The notes: generated by a model not told the origin, from the sequence alone. Counted from the whole stretch's first letter, positions 26,701 through 39,107 are shown. The stretch is DNA of 59,686 nucleotides, filler included, from Sphacelaria rigidula (GCA_964200075.2; 8 parts of 8 records of this genome joined end to end with filler, not necessarily neighbours in it), one strand, 5' to 3'. Numbers and translations are program-made.

Positions 26701-26816
26701 TTGTGCTTTTTATGGAATATCCTCGCAAAAATGCGTTGGAGGGGGGTGGGCACGAGTTGCGCCATGGATACCACCTGATGCCTTACCGCACCCCCCGCAT
26801 TCGCATGCTCCACCAT
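23750..26816 (-). pseudogene. Disrupted gag-pol of the Gypsy element
   Basis: CHCCGQVGHYARDC knuckle; RNase H motifs DAFECHWG, DKEDFAVV, FTDHRNL; integrase Zn finger (H..GYRG..CLHC) and core (HFDFL, SDTDTH, YSPWSNGTCER); frameshifts and stops. Confidence 0.9.
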
Positions 26817-27294
26817 CTTCTTGTATTCTACGTATTTCGTGTAGAACGAACGAGAAGCACACTCAAAAATACAAATTCCCGTAACTGGGCGGCCGCAACT
26901 CTTTCCTTAGAACGATTGGGGTTACAGTGGTCTCCGCTAGATCCATTGCCGGTACCTCGGTAGCCGACATTCTCGAGCGGACAATCGAAGATATCTGAAC
27001 CTTCTCGAACTCACAACTTATACCTGCCTTCTTCGCCGCTCCACACAGCCCTGGGGTCCTATGAACACCCGCTGCACGCAGCTCCAGCAAGTCTCCAGTC
27101 TGGATCAATCACGGGCCAGCCGCCTTTGCAGCTACCTCAGCTTGAAACCTCCTCACCCGTCCGTGAAGCTATATGCCCGAAGCTATCACAAGCTGTCCAG
27201 GCTCCTCCCTGCTGAAACCTTTCCAGCAGTCTCCTAACGATAGCACAACTAGCACTCCTAGCACTCCTAGCACTCCTAGCACTAATATCGATAT

Positions 27295-27542
27295 TGTGAC
27301 GCCAACAGGTTGCTGGTACTGCACCGTCTAATGCTGTTGAGGGACTCCCCAGTTCCACTGGCCTCAAGGTCTCAGTTGTCAGCCTTCACAACACCATTGT
27401 TATTTCCGGAGTAAACAGCTGCAGCCCCGTACCGTCAGGTCTGGGCTACACAGCAAGGGTCATCATCCACAGGATGCCCTCGTCCCTTGGTCATCATCCG
27501 GGATCCACTATATACTCAACGTGACGGCGTGATTTCGTCACA
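27295..27542 (-). repeat. 5' LTR
   Basis: Direct repeat of 23406-23653. Confidence 0.95.
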
Positions 27543-27555
27543 GGTCTTTTTTCGA

Positions 27556-27645
27556 TAGACGGCGAGGGTAGGTCACCTGCCGAATCGGCATCAATGTTCA
27601 CTTGAAAAACGTATGCGTGATCGAGATGGACTACCCGCACCGCGG
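27556..27645 (+). mobile_element. piggyBac-like MITE, interrupted copy
   Basis: Homologous to 56519-56616. Confidence 0.65.
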
Positions 27646-27905
27646 CGGTCGCCCCGGTGGCTCAGCTGGTAACCTCGGAATCTTCTGAAGGTTGGGTCGT
27701 GGGTTTAAATCTCGGAGCGATCTGGGACTTTTTCCCACACCATGCCCAACAGTGGAAAGCAACTGTGTCGTGGGTACACAGAACTCGACTCGATGGCCGA
27801 CGAGGGAAAAGGACGACTGCTGAACCCCTCTCGCGATAAAAAAGGAAAGGCAAGCACCGCAGAAGAAAGATGGAGCACCAAAAGCAAATGGGGCGACAAC
27901 ACACC
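27645..27905 (+). mobile_element. tRNA-derived SINE with internal deletion
   Basis: Homologous to 13193-13559; A box TGGCTCAGCTGG, degenerate B box. Confidence 0.85.
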
Positions 27906-27931
27906 CACCCGAATCACGGGCTAAGGGCTAA

Positions 27932-28005
27932 CCCTTAGACCGCGAGGGTAGGTAACCTACTGAATCGACATCAATATTCACTTGAAAAAAGGATGCGTGG
28001 TCGGC
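27932..28005 (+). mobile_element. piggyBac-like MITE, left portion
   Basis: ctaa-cccttagaccgcgag..tgaatcg.catcaat matches 56519 onward. Confidence 0.7.
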
Positions 28006-28329
28006 CTTGCTAGACCCCATATCGGCGCCTGTGCAGTAGAGTTTGCCAGCATCATGCTGTTTTAGAATGGTTGATATTTCTCGAATTGAGTGTGAAGCAC
28101 GAGAAGCGGAATTTATTGGGACCGACAGGCCCGTGTGCTCCTCGTGTGCGTACAAAACGCGTGTTTCGTTCAGTTCGACGCCACAGGCGCCTATTTGGGA
28201 TCTACCAAGGCCGCACTTTGCCTAGGTAATGTACGTTCCGCCCTCGCCCGAGGGTTCTCGGTGTGCGTCGGGTTGGGGTTAGGGTTAAAGGTAAGGGTAG
28301 CAATACTTGTAAAATTGTGCCAACCATTC

Positions 28330-29243
28330 TAAAACGTAGCCCAACGATCGTTAAGTACGGAAGCCCTGCAGCATCCGTCCGCTGTTGTTTGAAAGGACAC
28401 CGAGAACATGTCACACCGAGGGTGGGCCCTCTGTTTCTTCGGCACAATTTTCACTTCAAAAATGCCCACCCTGGTGGTCAAATAAGGGTTCAATTTTACA
28501 GCTGGCGGCAGGGAGGGATCACGCTTCCCGGGGCTTTGGTGGAATCTGATCCTTCAGCAATTCTGATCAACAAAGGGATGAACACAGCGGGATGACGGAG
28601 AATGAGACGACTGTACTGTACTGTTGTGTTTTTTGGGTTTTCGTGTACATACGGTACAGTACTACGTTGTCATGTGTACCGTCCTGTCTGTAGACCATAA
28701 CTCACTTTGCTGAAGAGATGGCGCGGTGGACATCATGGCGTTAACGATAGACCTAGCGCAACTGACAGACAGTAGAATATAATGTAGTCGCCGTGATGCT
28801 GTCTATTCCAGTACACGCCACTCTCTTTACCTTGGGATTTCTCTGCTTCTCTGGGTACACAAAGCAGCACCTTTTTTCCCTTCATAGTCTGTCGGTGTGC
28901 ACCATACATGGATGTAGGATGGAGATGAGTGAGCAGAGAATTTCGAGTTTCGAATTAACACAGAGCACTTTTTCGTTTCGAGCTGGCAGTTGGAAGTCCA
29001 TCACACTCGACCATGCGACGAGTAGTGAGAGATGAGAGAGAGTGCGACATCATGTTCCTGTTGTACTACTACTGTACTCTGCGTTGATTGTGCTGCCTCG
29101 GATTGAAATAGTTTAACCCAAGCTGCACCACGGTCAGGGTCGTGGTCATGCGGCGCTGACTAACCCATACGTGTTTTTTCCATTATCCCAGGGTGCACAT
29201 GAAGGTCGATAGTGCACCGGGGTGCACATTTAATTTTTCCGTG
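28330..29243. mobile_element. Second, deleted copy of the foldback family
   Basis: 28385-28610 matches the reverse complement of 3480-3720; 28965-29240 matches 3965-4235. Confidence 0.75.
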
Positions 29244-29794
29244 TTAACTAGCCTCCGTCAATCTGCCGCCTCCTTGATAATCAAAAATGACATCCTAGGC
29301 TATGTTCCCAATGGTAGTTGCGAGGCTTATGTCACCTGATTACGAATCTTCTACGTGCACTACTTCGAATTAGATATTTAGATCTCGTCAAAGTGAATGT
29401 AGTACCGATTGTTCGAATACATCGACCAAACTCTTTCGACAGCCATCCAATAGGTGAAATCGTGAAACCGCCATGTCATCACGAAGCTACTCCGATTATG
29501 ATATACAATGAGAGGGTACCCTACCGGTCGGGTACCTTTCCCAAGAATTGGATGCTCACCATCGTCAATGTTTCCTGAATAATAAAAAGCGTTTGCGCTC
29601 CGGACCCCAAAGATTGGATTTTCACTGGTTGCGAATATTTTTCGACCCGTTGTTGGGCTATGTATGACTGCTGCCGAGATAGCACCCCCCCGAACCGGCC
29701 AAAAAAGTGCACGGAGGCGATGATCATAAATGCCGTGAGAGCTGGCTTCGTGCTGCAAGACGCGACTCATTTGGGCGTTGTAGCTGATTTCGGA

Positions 29795-29894
29795 NNNNNN
29801 NNNNNNNNNNNNNNNNNNNNNNNNNNNNNNNNNNNNNNTTAATTAATTAANNNNNNNNNNNNNNNNNNNNNNNNNNNNNNNNNNNNNNNNNNNN
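29795..29894. other. Artificial contig spacer
   Basis: Same 100-nt linker. Confidence 0.99.
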
Positions 29895-29968
29895 CTCCGT
29901 CCCGGCTTTGTAGGGATGCGAGGTCAATGGTCTTACGACTATGGCATGCATGACCATGAGTACACCCT
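29895..29968 (+). mobile_element. Type-B 3' tail
   Basis: ctccgtcccggctttgtagggatgcgaggtcaatggtcttacgactatggcatgcatgaccatgagtacaccc. Confidence 0.9.
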
Positions 29969-30041
29969 ATCGTAGGATGACTCAATCATACTTACATCCA
30001 AGGAACCTACTACCTGCCGTAACACCCGTTTCAGCTCCACC

Positions 30042-30365
30042 TTAGCGCGTGGGCCTGGCACGGACTGAATGTGGAACATCGGGTCCGGGACATCTAATTC
30101 GGATTAGAAGAGATCCCGAGGCTGCTCTGAAGTAAGGCGTGTCCTCTAGAGGTAAAACCCCTTCTTCCCTAATCTGCACTGGAGCCAACTCAGGTGGCGT
30201 CTTGATCGGGCGAGCATCGAGCTTACCACTTGTGTTCGGTACATTTCTGGCGCACGTTTCCTGGGTCAAGATAATCGCCCCTACTGAGACGTTTCCCTCC
30301 GTTCGCGCACCAAGTAAAATGTTTTCGTTTCCTAGATCCACCCTTTTCGGACCCTCTTTTAGTTC
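30042..30365 (-). pseudogene. Ty1/Copia reverse transcriptase fragment
   Basis: DLG..ILLG..QE..R..PIKTP..YFRAASGSLL...C.GPDV.HSV resembles the Copia RT_2 pattern DLG..LG / YR..VGSL.Y...TRPDI..AV. Confidence 0.7.
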
Positions 30366-31410
30366 GAATGTTACCGAGACCAGTTGGGATTCCTCTGATC
30401 CCTGCCAAGCAGGTGCTATCCACGTAAAGAGGGAGCGGTACTACACCGACGCCCAGGATGTACAAACATCGGCCTACTACTGTGCTCGACGAAAATCCAG
30501 TCAGTCAGTATCAGAAACGTGTGAATAATTCCCCACCATCGGCGAGATGATGTTATTGATCCGTACAGTCAAGCCTTTAGTCTCCAAACTTTATTGGCTT
30601 GCTTAAATAAGCGTTACGTTTCGGGGGCGGTACACGTATACGACTGTATCCTTCGTATCAAATCGTGCTTGCTGGAAAGTTGTCTTGATTCCGATCATCC
30701 TGAGATACCAGTCTTTCTATACTGCTGGACATTCCAGCAATCTGATAAATTCCTGCGTAGCCAACGGTGCTGTTTTATGTGCTCTTGCGTCAGCGTCATA
30801 GAACCCTTGGATCATCGCTTCGGTCTTCTGTGTACTTGCGACGCTGTCTTTCCCGCATTTTCACCTGAAATATCACGATGGAATAACTTGCACATCTTTA
30901 GGCGGTATCGCTCCCTGCACAACATCGTGATTATTGATGAATTTGCACTCCTCAGCAATAGTTAACATCCAACCCTTTGCGCCTAGCCTTGCCATCGCTT
31001 TGTTGAAGCCGTTTTGTTAAGCTGGCATGCATCCGACTGCCCCCGGAGAGCTGATCCCCATATCACCGGCCAGTACTCGAGTAAAAAGTGCATATTTGAC
31101 ATTGGCGTGCGAATAATCCCCGAACGTACTGAGGGACTATTGAACACTTCCTGAAGAGGGGACTCATTGCCTTTTAATTCCGCGAAGTTTTGGCTGCTGT
31201 TGACGTCGTTCTTCACTTGCTGTTCTTAATTTTCTCAATTTTGGTTTTCGGCGGGTGACTTGGTTTCGTTCCAATCCGAGTCTTTCCAACCTGCAACCTG
31301 AAACACCCTCATGAACGTACCGCGTAAATCTCGTCTCCGATAGTACTTACCATAGCAGGACCGACTACTCAAGAGAAACTGATGCCCCATCTCTGTTGGT
31401 CGGAACTCAC

Positions 31411-31608
31411 CCAGGATGCACGGTGCCGTGCCGGTAACGTCGCAGAACACCTCTGATGCTCCGATCGGTCCCGTGCAGCAGTCTCCAGCACCAAACGGTG
31501 CGGCCCTGGTGCTGCAAGCTTCGCCTCCGCACGTGTCGCACTCTAGCACGCAACACACGCCTTCCGCCTCCACGCCAACGGTGCCATCGCTGCACGTAGC
31601 ATTCTCGG
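31411..31608 (-). CDS. Exon: Cys-rich module 2 of a modular, probably extracellular protein
   Basis: 198-nt AG/GTGAG phase 1-1 exon; ENATCSDGTVGVEAEGVCCVLECDTCGGEACSTRAAPFGAGDCCTGPIGASEVFCDVTGTAPCIL. Confidence 0.85.
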
Positions 31609-32527
31609 CTTTTGTTTGGCAAACAAGCAGACAAACATCGGTGGACTAGAGATATGTGTGTAGCGAGATACGCTTGAAGCGAGCCGCAGAGAGGGTCAAG
31701 AAGCGATCAGAATATTTCCCGAATTTTCGACGTCACGTCCTTCGAGTTCGTGCGACGACTCCCTCGGCCATGTTTATCGCCATTTTGAGGAGTTGTTCGG
31801 ATGGAACCGTGCAATCAGCGGGCGTGTGAGTGGGCGGTCATCGCTGCAGTGCCACCCAACAGGGCAGCACACCATACTGCACGTGTTAGGCATGATCCTG
31901 CACGCTTCCACGTTCGTTCTCGCATGTGTAGCATCGAAGTAAGTGGAACGATGAAGTTGCATTCGTTCGGCTGCGTTAAGATTGTAAATGTCTCCCTAGT
32001 TATATACTGGTTCAACCTGGACAACAGTCATTCTGACTCAGTCAGTGTCCTTCTCGAGCGCATTCTGAAGACATAACCTTGGGGAAAATAGATTTCGAAA
32101 TGACTTGAGTGCATCAGACAAGTCTGAGAAACATCTCAGTTCGCTCGCGATGCTACAATGAAAAACGGGACAAAGCATCTTATATGGTTGCTTCCTGCAA
32201 GCTCGAAGAGCTCCAGGTCAAATGGGGGTCAACATCCAGTTTGGTCACGTCGCGACAAGCCCTGACAGCCAGACGGTCTTCGCCGACGTGATTTGACGAG
32301 CTCCCGACAGAAACACTTGGTGCTAAAAACTGTCGGCAGCGAGATAGAAGGTACTCGGAAAGGGCCGTACGTGTTTGCATTACTCATTCCGGACATTCGT
32401 CGAGTATGCTCGACAATTACAACAGGTCTACCGATTGTGCGATCGGGAGTGTCGCATCGGGCGTCCAGACCTCTCTCCCCCCGGTAGAGACACCACATTG
32501 CCATACCATGCCGAGGTTTATACTCAC

Positions 32528-32554
32528 AGGCTGGCGTGGGTGTTGTGGGCGAAC
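32528..32554 (-). CDS. 27-nt Pro/Thr linker micro-exon
   Basis: gacag/GT TCG CCC ACA ACA CCC ACG CCA GCC T/gtgag, phase 1-1; flanks homologous to those of 34926-34991. Confidence 0.7.
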
Positions 32555-33850
32555 CTGTCATGCCCACCGGCCGATGTCGCCACGATACAGAGGAAACAAG
32601 CAGCGGTGGGGATGGGGCAGGGAATGGGGCAGATGAAAGTGAGGGGGTCGGACAATGGAGCAAATGGAGCTATGCCGTACCGGAGGGTAGGGGGGCACCC
32701 ATGGTTGCCGGACGTGCCTCCTCCGGGAACTGACTTGATAATCGCAAGTACCCACCCCTACCGTGTCATCATTTACTGCAACCATTTGCGCCATGCAACA
32801 TTGGTGGCCGACAGTGACAACACATTGCGACCGATTCGGGTGCTCCAATGACTCTTATTACTCTGTCGCGACCGTCGGTTCATTCAAGGGCACGTGTGCT
32901 TCACTTCGCGCGCATTCGAACGCATCGTCCAATGTATTTCATCCGCAGAGCAACAAAAGGGACATATCGCGGCGGAATGCGTCGACGACGTGAGCACTCC
33001 TTCCTCACGTCATGCCGGCCAGCATCGTGTGATCTACCTGCTGTACGTTTCGCATAGCCACACCGCGCTAGGGTCGTGATCGGGACTGGCAGGAAACTAC
33101 CCGCCACGATGTGGATCTCATTACAGTCACCGTGTGCCAGCATGTCCCCCTTACATGGTACCTCGTCTGTTGCCGGAATTATTGTGTACTTCACGGCATT
33201 CATGTTACACGACGATGGGCGTGAACAACAAGCAAAAACTATCCACTTCCAACCCAACATCACCGAGAGTCATGCAACATACTCGAGACTTGTGCAAAAA
33301 TTGAGTGACTCCAGAGACTGCATGAGCAAGACGGATGGCTCCAAACATCGAATTTCGACAGTAGACACGAAGCCTATCGTGACATGTGTAGGGAACGGAC
33401 AGAATGTTCGGAGCTCCCGTCAGAGGTTGTATTGGCGAACCGGTTGTACAGCACGGTGCTTGACCATCACGGAGGTACTGCGGCAACAGTGCTTCTCGTC
33501 CTGCTCGACTGATTCGATTGGAGGACAACACGAGTTTTTGATAATATCTGCAGTTGAGAGTCATGCGCTGACAACAGCCTAGTACATCGGATTGGCACAG
33601 CAGAGGCTGCTGGCGAGCCCTCTCTTTGCCCTATTTCAGGATACGTTGGCGGGCAAAGCGAGGACTCCCGAGCATCCTCTGCTGTACATGTCGCGCATGC
33701 TAGTGTACAGGACTTTGCAGCAGGGGCTGTCCGGGGTGAATCGTCGTCTCATGAACGTACCGCATTAATCTCGTCTCCGATAGTACTTACCACAGCAGGA
33801 CCGACTACTCAAGAGGAACTGATGCCCCATCTCTGTTGGTCGGAACTCAC

Positions 33851-34048
33851 CCAGGATGCACGGTGCCGTGCCGGTAACGTTGCAGAACACCTCTGATGCT
33901 CCGATCGGTCCCGTGCAGCAGTCTCCAGCTTCAAGGCCGTCCACCCTGTTGCCGCAACCTGGGTCTCCGCACGTGTCGCACTCTAGCACGCAACACACGC
34001 CACTCGACTCCACACCAACGGTGCCATCGCTGCATGTAGCATTCTCGG
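33851..34048 (-). CDS. Exon: Cys-rich module 1
   Basis: 198-nt phase 1-1 exon; ENATCSDGTVGVESSGVCCVLECDTCGDPGCGNRVDGLEAGDCCTGPIGASEVFCNVTGTAPCIL. Confidence 0.85.
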
Positions 34049-34925
34049 CTTTTGTTGGGCAGACAAGCAGACATACATCGGCGGATTTGAAACATGTTTG
34101 TCCCGGGATATGCTCGGTTCAGGCCGCCGAAGGGGCCAACACGCGACGAGAGCCTACTCGAAACTTTCGATATTAAGGGTGTCGAACGCGTGAGACGCTC
34201 GCTCGGCCATTTGCTTCGCAAGTTACTGCAATTGTTCGATGCAACTGCGCGACTAGCGAACGCTTGATTGAGTGGGCGGTCATCACTGCAATGATTTGCA
34301 AGAGGATATAAATCAAAATACTGGGCGAGTCAGACGTTTAGGAGTCACTTCCACATTTCTCTGCATGCAAACTGTTCAAGTCGATGCAACTTCTACACCA
34401 TGGGGATGGTCAAGGCCAGATCCGTTCGACGGCGTTCACATTGGAGATGACTGTTTCTAGTTATCTGCGGTATTGATGTGAGCGAAGGTCGTACCGATTC
34501 AGTCGATTGCTTTTTCAAACGCACGTCGGAGCCATAGCCGTGGGAACATGTGACAGCTTCACATGTTCGAGCTTATGGCATTAGATATGTCAGAGAAATC
34601 TCTCAGTTCTCTCGCGATGGTAACCAATAGGATATGGAGCAGTTTGTTTTTTGCACGATCGAGGAATTCAATGTCAAAGGTGTTTCACCATCCAGTCTGG
34701 GCGACTTCATAATAGGCCCAAAAACCAGGTGATCTTGGTTGAGGTGATTCCAGGATATTTCGACTCAACACTCAGTGCTGTAACGATCCACAGAGATAAG
34801 AAAACTATTCACAGAGGACGGTGCACGTTGATATTTCTTCTAAGCGTATCCTCGAACATCTTCCCTCCCGGCCACGTCGTTGCAGAGACACCACAGTTTA
34901 GTAGCATGCCAAAAATCACACTCAC

Positions 34926-34991
34926 AGGTTGGAGCCGGGGGCGAGGTTGACATGGGTGACGCAGTTGGTGTGGGTGACGTGAGCGGTGAAC
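34926..34991 (-). CDS. 66-nt Ser/Pro/Thr linker exon
   Basis: gacag/..SPLTSPTPTASPMSTSPPAPT../gtgag, phase 1-1. Confidence 0.75.
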
Positions 34992-36380
34992 CTGTCATGC
35001 CCATAATCGAGCAGTGACGTTGTACGAACATGCAAGACAGAAAGCAAGGAGGTGAGCACATTGTGAGAGAGAAATGTCGCAACTTGCAAAATTACGCCCT
35101 GATGAACATATTCTGAAAAGTCTCGTAGAATGCATGCAGGTTCGTAAAAATTGCCGTGATTGAGGCATTAAAGATATTCGTACAGAACGCTCAGGTTTGG
35201 ATCCTCGAACATATGACCATGCGCAGCACGCGTTTCTGCTAAACTCGGCTCGGCACCGATCCTAGCTCTGGCAACGCACACTCCGTTCAAGACAACAGAT
35301 GCACACCCCCTGCCGCAGGGTTTTCGTTTTTCCTTGGGTTGAGGTTACGGTAATGGTTAGAGGTACGTTTGAAATGTATTAGACATGGTGGTTTGACGAC
35401 GAACTTGTGAAACCCGCCTCGAAAATCACACGTACCTCTGAACAACAAGTCTACTCAGAGCATGAGGTGATGTGGGCTCAGTACAGGCCATGTTTATGCC
35501 GTAGCCGCAGTGCACCGCAGTGGCACGTGAAGAGGGAATATATACTCTTGATGATAGCTCAGGCATATTTTATTATCAAAGCTCATCCTTGCAGAACAAC
35601 ATGGCGGGTACATGAAACCAAGCACGCCTGATTAAGAAGTCTGAAGGCTGAACTATTCATACCGCAGATGGCTTTTTTTGCCAATACTTCAACACGCTCT
35701 CTCAAGAAGTGCATCAAGATTCATCGCTAACACTCGTACACGTTCTCTGTCCTGTAACCTCGGGAATTCATACAAAAGGCTCAAGCATCCTGTCCCCTGC
35801 CCGCTGACTTCCAGCGTCATTCAGCAGTCATCAAATAATACATCAATGGGCCGCAGGCTCTTTTACAACACACACAGATCTACCTATCCGGCATCACTAA
35901 AAGGCTTCTCATGAACGTAACTGCCCTAAGCTCTCAGTACAACTGTCCGCCTTCCGATTTTGCGATTCAACACATACCTAAAGTCAACCACTTCTTCAGC
36001 TGCGGCACTACGTACATGATGAAACTTGATGCTCACATGACGCTGACGAGATTTGATGTTTTCACTACGAGAGGATTTCAAAGCTCCTTGGATGTCCGTC
36101 TCCCATACTACAGTAGCGACTACCTCCTGATAGTTTGCTGTCTTGAGTAAATGTCACAAGTAGTGAGTTTGACACGCTTGAGACAAAGCAATATCTTCTG
36201 CTCCAACAGTTAACTAGTCTCTACACCTTGCAGCTTAAATTTCCAACGTAGAGGTGCTCTAGCCAAACATAAAACATGTCCATTTGTTGAACATTCCCCA
36301 TCATTGTCACCAGCATGATCTCCGTTTGCGAATACAGTGCATTTGCCGTCATCCTGAGCATCCGCGGAAAGTGTCAAACC

Positions 36381-36961
36381 CAAGGTTGTGTTATTCAGGG
36401 TGCGGTTTTCGGTATACCCGGGGTAATTTCCCGGGTATTTACTGCACCTGACAGTTTTGTGACTTCTGTAAGACTTTCATACCAGCACCTGACAGTTCTG
36501 TAAACTCCATAAACACCCTTACCCGATAATTCTAGGAGTTCTGTAAGACTCTGGTACCGTTACCGAGGGGCACGACTATGCCCTTCGTTAGATACCCAGA
36601 TACCCAGATACGGTTTTCTTGGTGACCCCCATACCCTTACCCGACAGTTTGTGTGAGCTATGCATGCCTCCCATACCCTTACCGGACAGTTGTGTGAGTC
36701 CTGTACAGAATGTACACCCGTACCCAGAGCGCGGGTATGCCCGTGAAAAAAATACCTGATTGCTGGTACAGTCTTCTGCAAGCCTCCCATATCCTACCCG
36801 ACAAGTTCTGTAATTTCTGTAACACTTTCAAACCGGCACCCCATGGTTTTGGTTCTGCAATTTCTGTAAGACTTTTATACCTTTGCCCGATATTTCTGTA
36901 AGTCTTGTAAGGAATCTCGTACCCTAAAAAACATACCCGTACCTCACAGAACACAACCTTA
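36381..36961. mobile_element. hAT-like non-autonomous element with dense subterminal repeats
   Basis: TIR (C/T)AAGGTTGTGTT; many TACCCG and TTCTGTAAGACT motifs; 8-bp flanks only partly match. Confidence 0.65.
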
Positions 36962-37267
36962 ATCAAGTCATCCTACGATAGGAGGGAGGGTATTTTGGGT
37001 CACTTCTTGCACAAACTTCGAAGGCATATCGCCGCTGAAATCAGCAACGGGTGCTCGAACGAGCTTGTTATAGATACATAACGCTCATTCACACCGATTG
37101 ACACCGCTTTGAACCAAATACAAGCGCATCGCGAGTGTTGCAGGTCATCTGACACACTTATCAGCCTTTTTTTCATGCAATCAAATACCCCCCCCCTCCC
37201 TATGTGCTCCGTCTCGCCTGGAGTGCACGTGCAACTGGAAAACACTTAAGGCACGGAACAATTGGGT

Positions 37268-37367
37268 NNNNNNNNNNNNNNNNNNNNNNNNNNNNNNNNN
37301 NNNNNNNNNNNTTAATTAATTAANNNNNNNNNNNNNNNNNNNNNNNNNNNNNNNNNNNNNNNNNNNN
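37268..37367. other. Artificial contig spacer
   Basis: Same 100-nt linker. Confidence 0.99.
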
Positions 37368-38453
37368 GAGAACGCCCCCTCCCCCCCCCCGGTTGGTAAG
37401 GGGGCCCCGCCGGGGGCAAGAAAATTCCGCCGGTTGACTCCACATGTACTCAAAATCGCGGTAATTTCTCGTCGACTAGCGCCAGCAATTCTAGCAGGTA
37501 ATTGTGGCAGAAAACATATATATATATATATATGTATGGGGGAAAAAGAAATTTCACTGAGCTTTGCGACATGAATTGGAAAACGGAGCGGTGAGACAGT
37601 AGTGCAGCATACATAGCGTTCCGTGTGTACCACCCAAGCGCCAGGAACTACTATATATATATTAGTAGCACGACAACCTGGTAAAGTTACTGAGTGTGAC
37701 TTCATCAGTCAGGAAAAATTAGCAGAAATCTCGACTCTTCCTCATGCTTCGGTATCACATTCACCAGCCACCACTGAACGCTTAGAACGCTTGATGCTGA
37801 CAATATAAAGCAAAGCACACACAACAACGCTACGAAGTATGACACATATGTCGGGTGGAATAACTGGTTCAATTAGTTGCAAAACCGATCAGCTAACCAG
37901 TTGCACCAGTTAACTGTAACTGGTCAGTTAAACTGGCAGCCAGTTCACAACTCTCGAAGAAACAGTGTGAATAATAACGGGCCTACTTGCGTTTCAGCCA
38001 TGCACGGGGTACATGCATGAGTGAAAACCGTGCCCTTGCCTTCCTCCCATTCACCCCTTGGGTGCCGACGCGTGGACAAGTTCTAACGAGCAAATGCAGG
38101 AGTTCACACGGACATTTTGATGCCTTCGTCACTTTTACGGTGTGGTCGTGCTGGCGACCGTTTGAAACATCCGCTCATGACGCTCCTCCCTCTCTCCAGA
38201 GGTGGGAACGAAGGGCTGCTGTGGAAAGCTCCCGTGACCTACGAGCACGTGTCACTGTCATTGATTTTGACTCGATCGAATGCCGTACAATACCTGTGCC
38301 TGCCACAACGACCGTCCCTTGAAGCGGGAACTCTAGAGGGTCAAGATTTTGCCCTCATGGGTGACCATGAGCACACTGCCAGCTTGCCTTTCTTGTCCAT
38401 GTTGTCCGTGTGTTATTTTGCCCGCCTTGCTTTGTTTCAACGCACTACGCCAG

Positions 38454-38605
38454 GTGCAGTACCCCGGTGCCGAGCGCGTGATGATGTCAGACCTGCGTAA
38501 CCTCAGGGCCTTGGCATGGTTCTTGCAGAAATTCGAGCTCAACTTCGATATTTTGTCAAGTCTCAGGGAGCTATCCAAGCAAATCAAGGGGGAGTTCGAC
38601 TTCAG
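38454..38605 (+). CDS. ABC1/UbiB atypical protein kinase, exon (gene incomplete at both contig ends)
   Basis: VQYPG..SDLRNL..EFDF; AG/GT; phase-compatible with the next exon. Confidence 0.92.
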
Positions 38606-39107
38606 GTGCAGAGCCTGTTTGTTTCCCTTCTACCGTACGTGCCCTGTAATATCGTGTGACCCATCTGATCGGGGGAGACAGCGTCACTCTTCCCTCCCTC
38701 CTTCTCCTCGTCTTTGTTCGAAACGAAGTCATGAACATGTCTTGCGTCCAGCCCCAATTCGTGGGTTGTCTTGCAGCTGAAGATTGCCAGGCGTTTTCTG
38801 GCACGGATTGGGAGGATGCTGATGCATAAATACCATGTCGCAATGTTGTGCACGGACGCCCGATGCGTAGTTTACGCGTTCCGCGGTCTACGTCTGGCAC
38901 ACATTTGGCCGCACAAAAGCAAACCTGGTGACGTCGAATCTCTACCTGCAACGCACTTATTATAGTCGCTCATATTGGCGGTGTTATCCCCACGTACTGG
39001 TGATTCTGCTAACCCAGCCATACATACCAACACCAATAACTTGTGCTACGACACGGCGTAACACTCGCACATCCACGCTGTGGTCCTGTCTTTTGTGGTT
39101 TGTGTAG

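Larger units (their letters stand above)
23406..27542 (-). mobile_element. Ty3/Gypsy LTR retrotransposon, degenerate, RT core deleted
   Basis: Two 248-bp LTRs (TGTGACG..CGTCACA), 4-bp target duplication GGTC, short G-run PPT, domain order gag knuckle, protease-like region, RNase H, integrase. Confidence 0.95.

Noticed and set aside
32558-33582. Additional Cys-module exons
   Set aside because: Translations lack the conserved Cys spacing; treated as intron
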